A stretch of DNA of 64,000 nt, from the NCBI GenBank assembly GCA_905178155.1, contig CAJINV010000001.1, positions 13,718,664 to 13,782,663 on the forward strand, given 5' to 3'. The notes beneath the pieces are model-generated. The model saw nothing but the letters and a program-made list of their open reading frames with translations. It searched no databases and was not told the DNA's origin. The translations under genes and the position numbers were made by a program. Source of the DNA: Amoebophrya sp. A120 (Eukaryota; Protista; Dinoflagellata). Positions within the stretch are counted from its first letter, which is position 1, and every line of letters begins with the position of its first letter. Below, in pieces: positions 59,250-64,000 of the stretch.

Positions 59250-60940
59250 ATGACCATGTCTGGGGGTAGTTTCGAAGCCTGCACTCGCGACAAGCTGAAG
59301 CTCGTGGTCGAAACAAGCAGGAAGCGCAATTTGCTCAACGACGACCGATGTTTCGACATTTTACACGACATGGAGGCGAACGAAGAGCTCATCGCAGCAG
59401 ATTCGGGCCTGCACATTGTTCTACGATGCACAAAAACGACGACTCTGGAGCACTACCACAAGTGGCACCCAAATATGCTCCGCCACGGGCGCTTCGTCGT
59501 GGATGACGATGAAGAGGAGGAGGAGCATACGCCCTCGACTTCTTCGAGTTCGAGATCTGCTTCATCGCACACGACACCTTGCAAGAAAGCCGCCTTGTTG
59601 GAGTACGGCGACCGTTTGGTCCTTGTCAATGGCCGGGCGACTTTTGCACCAACGACGAATATCGTGCCCGGTTCGTATCGTAAGGAAAAATCCCCCCTCC
59701 CCATGTCGAAAACGTATCCGTCTGAAAATTTGTCATGCGCATTTGTGACCTCAAATCCTGTCTGTCTTGCGAGAAGGCAAGGCCAGAAAGCGTTCCGCAT
59801 TTTTCAGGCGGTTTGTGATGCTGTTTGGCTTAGAGCATACACGTTTGTCATGCTAGGCGCCTACGTCAAAACCTCTCGACTGAGGCTTGACATATGCCTG
59901 CATTCCTCTACTGCAAGACAAATCTGATTTGTGTATGGAAATCCAGCATCAGAAACTTCGTTGCGATATGGGGAGGGGGGATTTTTCCTCTTAATAGTTC
60001 GCGACTGCTGTTCTGGCGTGCGTCGGGCAGTGAAAACTTCGAAGACACGCTCCCGGACTGCTCCGCGCTGGCGAGAGGTTGTAGGTGTTTGTCTTCTTGT
60101 TCATCGTCGTCATCCTCTTCCGCGGCTTCAAAACACGACCAACAGCGCGCCGCGCTTTGCACGGCTCTGCTAGCGTACATCATACACACCACCAGCGCAA
60201 CCTTTGCCGGCGCGAGTCGGATTCTCAAGAAAGAGCTGGACCGCAAAGATGCGGTGGCGCTTCTGAAGGGGCTGAGTGCCTATCGGGAAGATATCGAGAG
60301 GCTAGCGCTGCACTTTGCGGCAAACTTTCGGGAGTTCTTGGAACCTGGGGCTGCAAATAGAGCAGTTGACGCAGAGAGAGAAGATGTCGATGAAATTCCT
60401 GCAGCTGTTCTGGCCGCTAAAGTCAGAGACGACAGAACCAGTAGCCCCTCTCAGGGAGTAGACCAAGACGCGCGGATGATGCCAAGCGTTCCAACAGCCA
60501 ATGCTGATCAACGAGGTGATGAAACGGCAACAGAACCACCTTCCCCGACCGCAGCTCGTGAGATAATTGTAGAAGTTGAAGACAAAGTAGAAAAAGCAAA
60601 AGACGGACAACTACCTGCGGCACCGGTACCCATTGCCACTCCCACACCGGAGCTCTACCGCTGCCGCCAGTGTCGCACAGTGCTTTTCTCGGATCAGCAC
60701 ATCGCGCCGCACGAACCGGGACACAGCCCCTGCACGCCCTGTCTCTTCGTCGAGCCGGTCTCCTGGATGGCAGCAGTCATAAACAAGGGCGAGCGCCAGG
60801 GAAAACTGACCTGTCCAAAGTGCAAAGCCAAGGTAGGGAACTTCAATTGGGTAGGAATCAAGTGTGGGTGTGGGCATTGGCGCTCCCCCGCGTTCGCAAT
60901 CCACAAGGACAAGATCGATTCCCCCGAGTTAGAATTTTGA
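59250..60940 (+). CDS. DUSP12/YVH1-like protein with C-terminal zinc-binding domain; one introner
   Basis: YRCRQCRTVLF...FVEPVSWM...GKLTCPKCKAKVGNFNWVGIKCGCGHW.SPAF is the YVH1 zinc domain. Removing 59676-60001 gives in-frame IVPGS-RLLFW. Confidence 0.8.
59676..59996. mobile_element. Introner of a different TIR subfamily, 5-bp TSD GTTCG
   Basis: TATCGTAAGGAAAAATCCCCCCTCCCCAT pairs with ATGGGGAGGGGGGATTTTTCCTCTTAATA; GTTCG on both sides; internal TGTCATGC motifs as in the main family. Confidence 0.92.
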
Positions 60941-61766
60941 GCTCGAAGAGGTTTGTTGATGGCGACCATGCCACAATTGGATAAGTACATACTCACCGCT
61001 TTACTTGTCTGAGCGACCACGTACGAAAAGAAATCTTCGAACCAAAACCATGAAACTGATGGTGCATAATGGAGATCTTCTCGTGCTGTTCCGCCTCTGA
61101 TGTAGACTATTTCATGCATGCGTGCGTTTTTCTTGCGTTCGACCGTTCGTCCTCGTCGAAAGCAAGCTCTTCGTAAATGTTTCAATCGCGTGAGAAAGAG
61201 ACGGAGAGACAGAATAGAGTATAGAGATGAAAAAGGTGATCTTCCCGCGTGTTCTTATCCCTAAGAAAAATCGCGCCATACCGTCGCGATTCGTGGGCTT
61301 TTTTTATTCTAGACAAGGCCTGGCGTGTCTGAGGCTAACAAAAGCGCCACCGCCCAGGGCTATCCAAAGCCTTCGCCGCGCATCATCCAGAGGGTCGCGC
61401 TTTCGTGCTTAGCGCAGCCCCAGCTCATGCGCCAGGGAACGCTCTGCACACTGACAGAATAACCGCCGGCCACTGCGTCCAAGTTCGGGCGCCCGGGCGC
61501 GAGCTGATGCCCCACCCAAAGAGCCCCCCCAAGCCGGGGCTACGCCGGCGGTCGCACCGGGCCGCGGCAGTGTGCGCGCCCACCCGTCTCTCTTTGTGCC
61601 AGGCAGCAGATGATGGCCCCTCCGGTGTTGTCTTTGGTGCCTGCGCCGTGCCGTCGGTCCTAAATTAGGACCGGTGGGGCGCTGGCTCCATAAAATGATA
61701 CGTATATGGTTATGGGACCACGTCCACGAAGCAAAGATGGTGCTTCAGCTGCGCACGCCCCCGCTC

Positions 61767-62295
61767 GTGCATAGATAAGAGCACTGCTGCAGCGACCTGC
61801 TGTGGTGTTTTGGGATGAAGCAGAGTTGTAGCTTCGGCTCCAAATGTTCCCGTTCTCGTTTTCTGTTGTTCTTATCCTCCAACTCCGTGCATAAATAAAG
61901 AAGTTCTCATCTATGCACGGAGATGATTGGACGATCAGAATTGAAGCGTCTCCGCCAGATGTTCCCGTTCTCTCAAACATGCTGTTCTTATCCCTCCTGT
62001 TCGTGCATAGATAAGAACACCATTGTTAGGTCGTTACAAACGTGTTCTTATCTATGCACCATTTGGAGGATAAGAACAGCATGTTTGCGAGAACGGGAAC
62101 ATCTGGCGCAGAAGATGTCATTCTGCTTCGTGCCAGCCACCAATTTCAGGTCGTTACAAGCGTGTTCTTATCTTTGCACGGCGTGGAGGATAAGAGCAGC
62201 AGTGTTCGAGAGCGGGAACATTTGGCGCAGAAGCTCCAACTCTGCTTCATGCCAAAACATCAATGCCAGGGCGTTGCAGTAGGTGTCCTTATCTA
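61767..62295. repeat. Foldback (nested inverted repeat) of ~120-bp units
   Basis: 61953-62020 pairs with 62042-62108 (21-nt loop); ~61772-61860 pairs with ~62207-62295. Shared motifs TAGATAAGAACA and ATGTTCCCGTTCTC. Confidence 0.85.
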
Positions 62296-63049
62296 CCTCT
62301 CCGAAGCGTTCAAACGAGTACCAGGCGGGAAGCTTTCAGGGTCTTCTGCCAGTGCGTCCACCATCGCCGCGAAAGCGGTGCCAATGGTGAGTGAGTGGGG
62401 CGGTGGGTGGGAGATTGGGTTGCGCTTGAAGAGTTCCAAGGGGTCACGAGGGGCCTGCGCACCAAGTCCGCACGAGCCGGCTTGCGGCCTTTTTTGGGTT
62501 GCGAGTACGTAGGGCCCGGGGCCGCGGAAAAGATGCTCGCCTGCGCCGGATGGCTGTGTTGTGAGTGCCCGTTGGGCGCGTCGATCTGCGCAGTGGGGGG
62601 GCCTCATTAGTCTAGGTCTAGGCTCGCCGGGGTGCTGAAATGCCTGCTGGTTCCTCTAGAACGACGCCTGGGCCGCGTGCAAAAACCCACCAGGGGAGGC
62701 AACAGCACTTCTACGCAGGCGCGACCATAAAAACTGCAGCGCCTGCGTTGGCGCAAAAAAAAAAGGCAAATCCCGACGGTATGCTGCGAATTTCTTTAGG
62801 GATAAGAACAGTGCTGAAGATCACCTATTTCGTCTCTATATAGAGAAAGAGAGGAGCGCGCGTTCGCCCTGTAAGTTTGGAGCGCGTTTCAGCAATGATT
62901 GAATCTGTAAGTGCAGCGCGTCCCCCCCCCGTCCAGTTTGTTTCGACTGCGATGAAGACTGGTTTTGGGTAGTTTATGATTTTTTAACAGAAGCTAGCTG
63001 GTCACATCAAAAGATCTTATCATCTCCCACTGCAATAAACGATGGCCAA

Positions 63050-63925
63050 ATGGCGCCGGGCTACGTGTCCAGGTATTTGAGCGATTTTTTGTCGACTCTT
63101 TTGGACACGATCGCCAAACCGGGGGCGGTGCAGAAATACTACTCGGACGGAAACGCGGACACGGACCACGAGGGCGAACTCATCACCGAAGCAGACGTGC
63201 AGCGGGCGCAAAGCTACCTCCGCACGCTGAAACACCTGCAGTGCACAGAATCCGTGCCGAAATACGAGATCGACAAGTTTTTTGGACGTTACAAGGGGCC
63301 GAAAGCGCAGGAATTTTCCGAGGCCTACAAATTTCTCCATCAGGAAGAGGCGCACATCCCAGCGAACAGCAAACTAGGCACCTACGGCACGGAAAATCCG
63401 AGCACGACGGAAGGGAAAACCGGGGAGTCCGAGGGGATTCCGAAACCCGGCGCGGAGGGCGTGATCGGGCCGGATCCGGAGAGAAACGCGAAGCTCCTCG
63501 CCGAACGCAAAAGCCGCGTTGCAGACGCGTTTTTCGCCCTTTTCCAAAGTGGCGTCGGAGCGGCGAAGATTTTCGTGGACGACACGAATAAGAAGAATTT
63601 CGGCGACCTGGTGCTGTTCCCGAAAGACGCGAAAGTAGTCGACGGCGCGCAGCGGGCGCGCTTGGACGTTTCGGTAGGCTGGGACTGGAACCGAGGATCC
63701 GAGCACTACGCGGGTAGCTCCGCCGTTCGATATTGGCACGTCGCGGCGGGACCGGAGAAGGACGCGAAGGTCGAATACTGGCGGCCACCCGAGAGCCCGA
63801 CAGAGTTCCCCACGCCCTGCCGGTGTTGGAAGGACGACGCGCTCAGTTGCAAGAAAAAGCTGCGGACGTATTTGGAGGGCCACGTGGCATTTTTGAAACG
63901 AAGGCTGCAGGCACAGCAAGCGTAA
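63050..63925 (+). CDS. Hypothetical protein
   Basis: 291-aa ORF with codon usage like neighbouring genes. No family recognised. Confidence 0.65.
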   Translation: MAPGYVSRYLSDFLSTLLDTIAKPGAVQKYYSDGNADTDHEGELITEADVQRAQSYLRTLKHLQCTESVPKYEIDKFFGRYKGPKAQEFSEAYKFLHQEEAHIPANSKLGTYGTENPSTTEGKTGESEGIPKPGAEGVIGPDPERNAKLLAERKSRVADAFFALFQSGVGAAKIFVDDTNKKNFGDLVLFPKDAKVVDGAQRARLDVSVGWDWNRGSEHYAGSSAVRYWHVAAGPEKDAKVEYWRPPESPTEFPTPCRCWKDDALSCKKKLRTYLEGHVAFLKRRLQAQQA

Positions 63926-64000
63926 AAATATTGACCATGGTCGGCGGTAGTTGGTCATCGGTTCTTTCCTCAACATCGGGGGGAGGATTGCTCCAGCAGC

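Overview
Eukaryotic, gene-dense DNA in which every confidently called gene lies on the + strand. Genes carry a mix of canonical GT-AG introns and non-canonical introns that are small transposon-like elements: TAT...ATA inverted termini flanked by 5-bp direct repeats. This matches the 'introner' elements known from the parasitic dinoflagellate Amoebophrya (Syndiniales); the taxon is my inference. I count ten such elements, and removing each element plus 5 bp restores the reading frame. The standout is a single stop-free 10.2-kb ORF (41400-51605). It joins a SMARCAL1/HARP-like SNF2 helicase, an NRPS-like module (adenylation domain, membrane region, carrier domain, condensation-like domain) and a eukaryotic RNAi-type RNA-dependent RNA polymerase (DADGD), and an FSH1/LovG-like serine hydrolase follows it. 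Other genes: a bacterial-type SWIM-SNF2 helicase with introns, a WSC/F-type-lectin/PAN secreted protein, a pair of paralogous secreted proteins, a GNAT acetyltransferase, a TVP38/DedA protein, SYS1, ATG101, a DUSP12/YVH1-like protein, a SAM-domain gene missed by the ORF track, and several hypotheticals. There is a hairpin tandem repeat at the window start and a foldback repeat near 62 kb. All domain calls are from motif recognition by eye, not from database searches.
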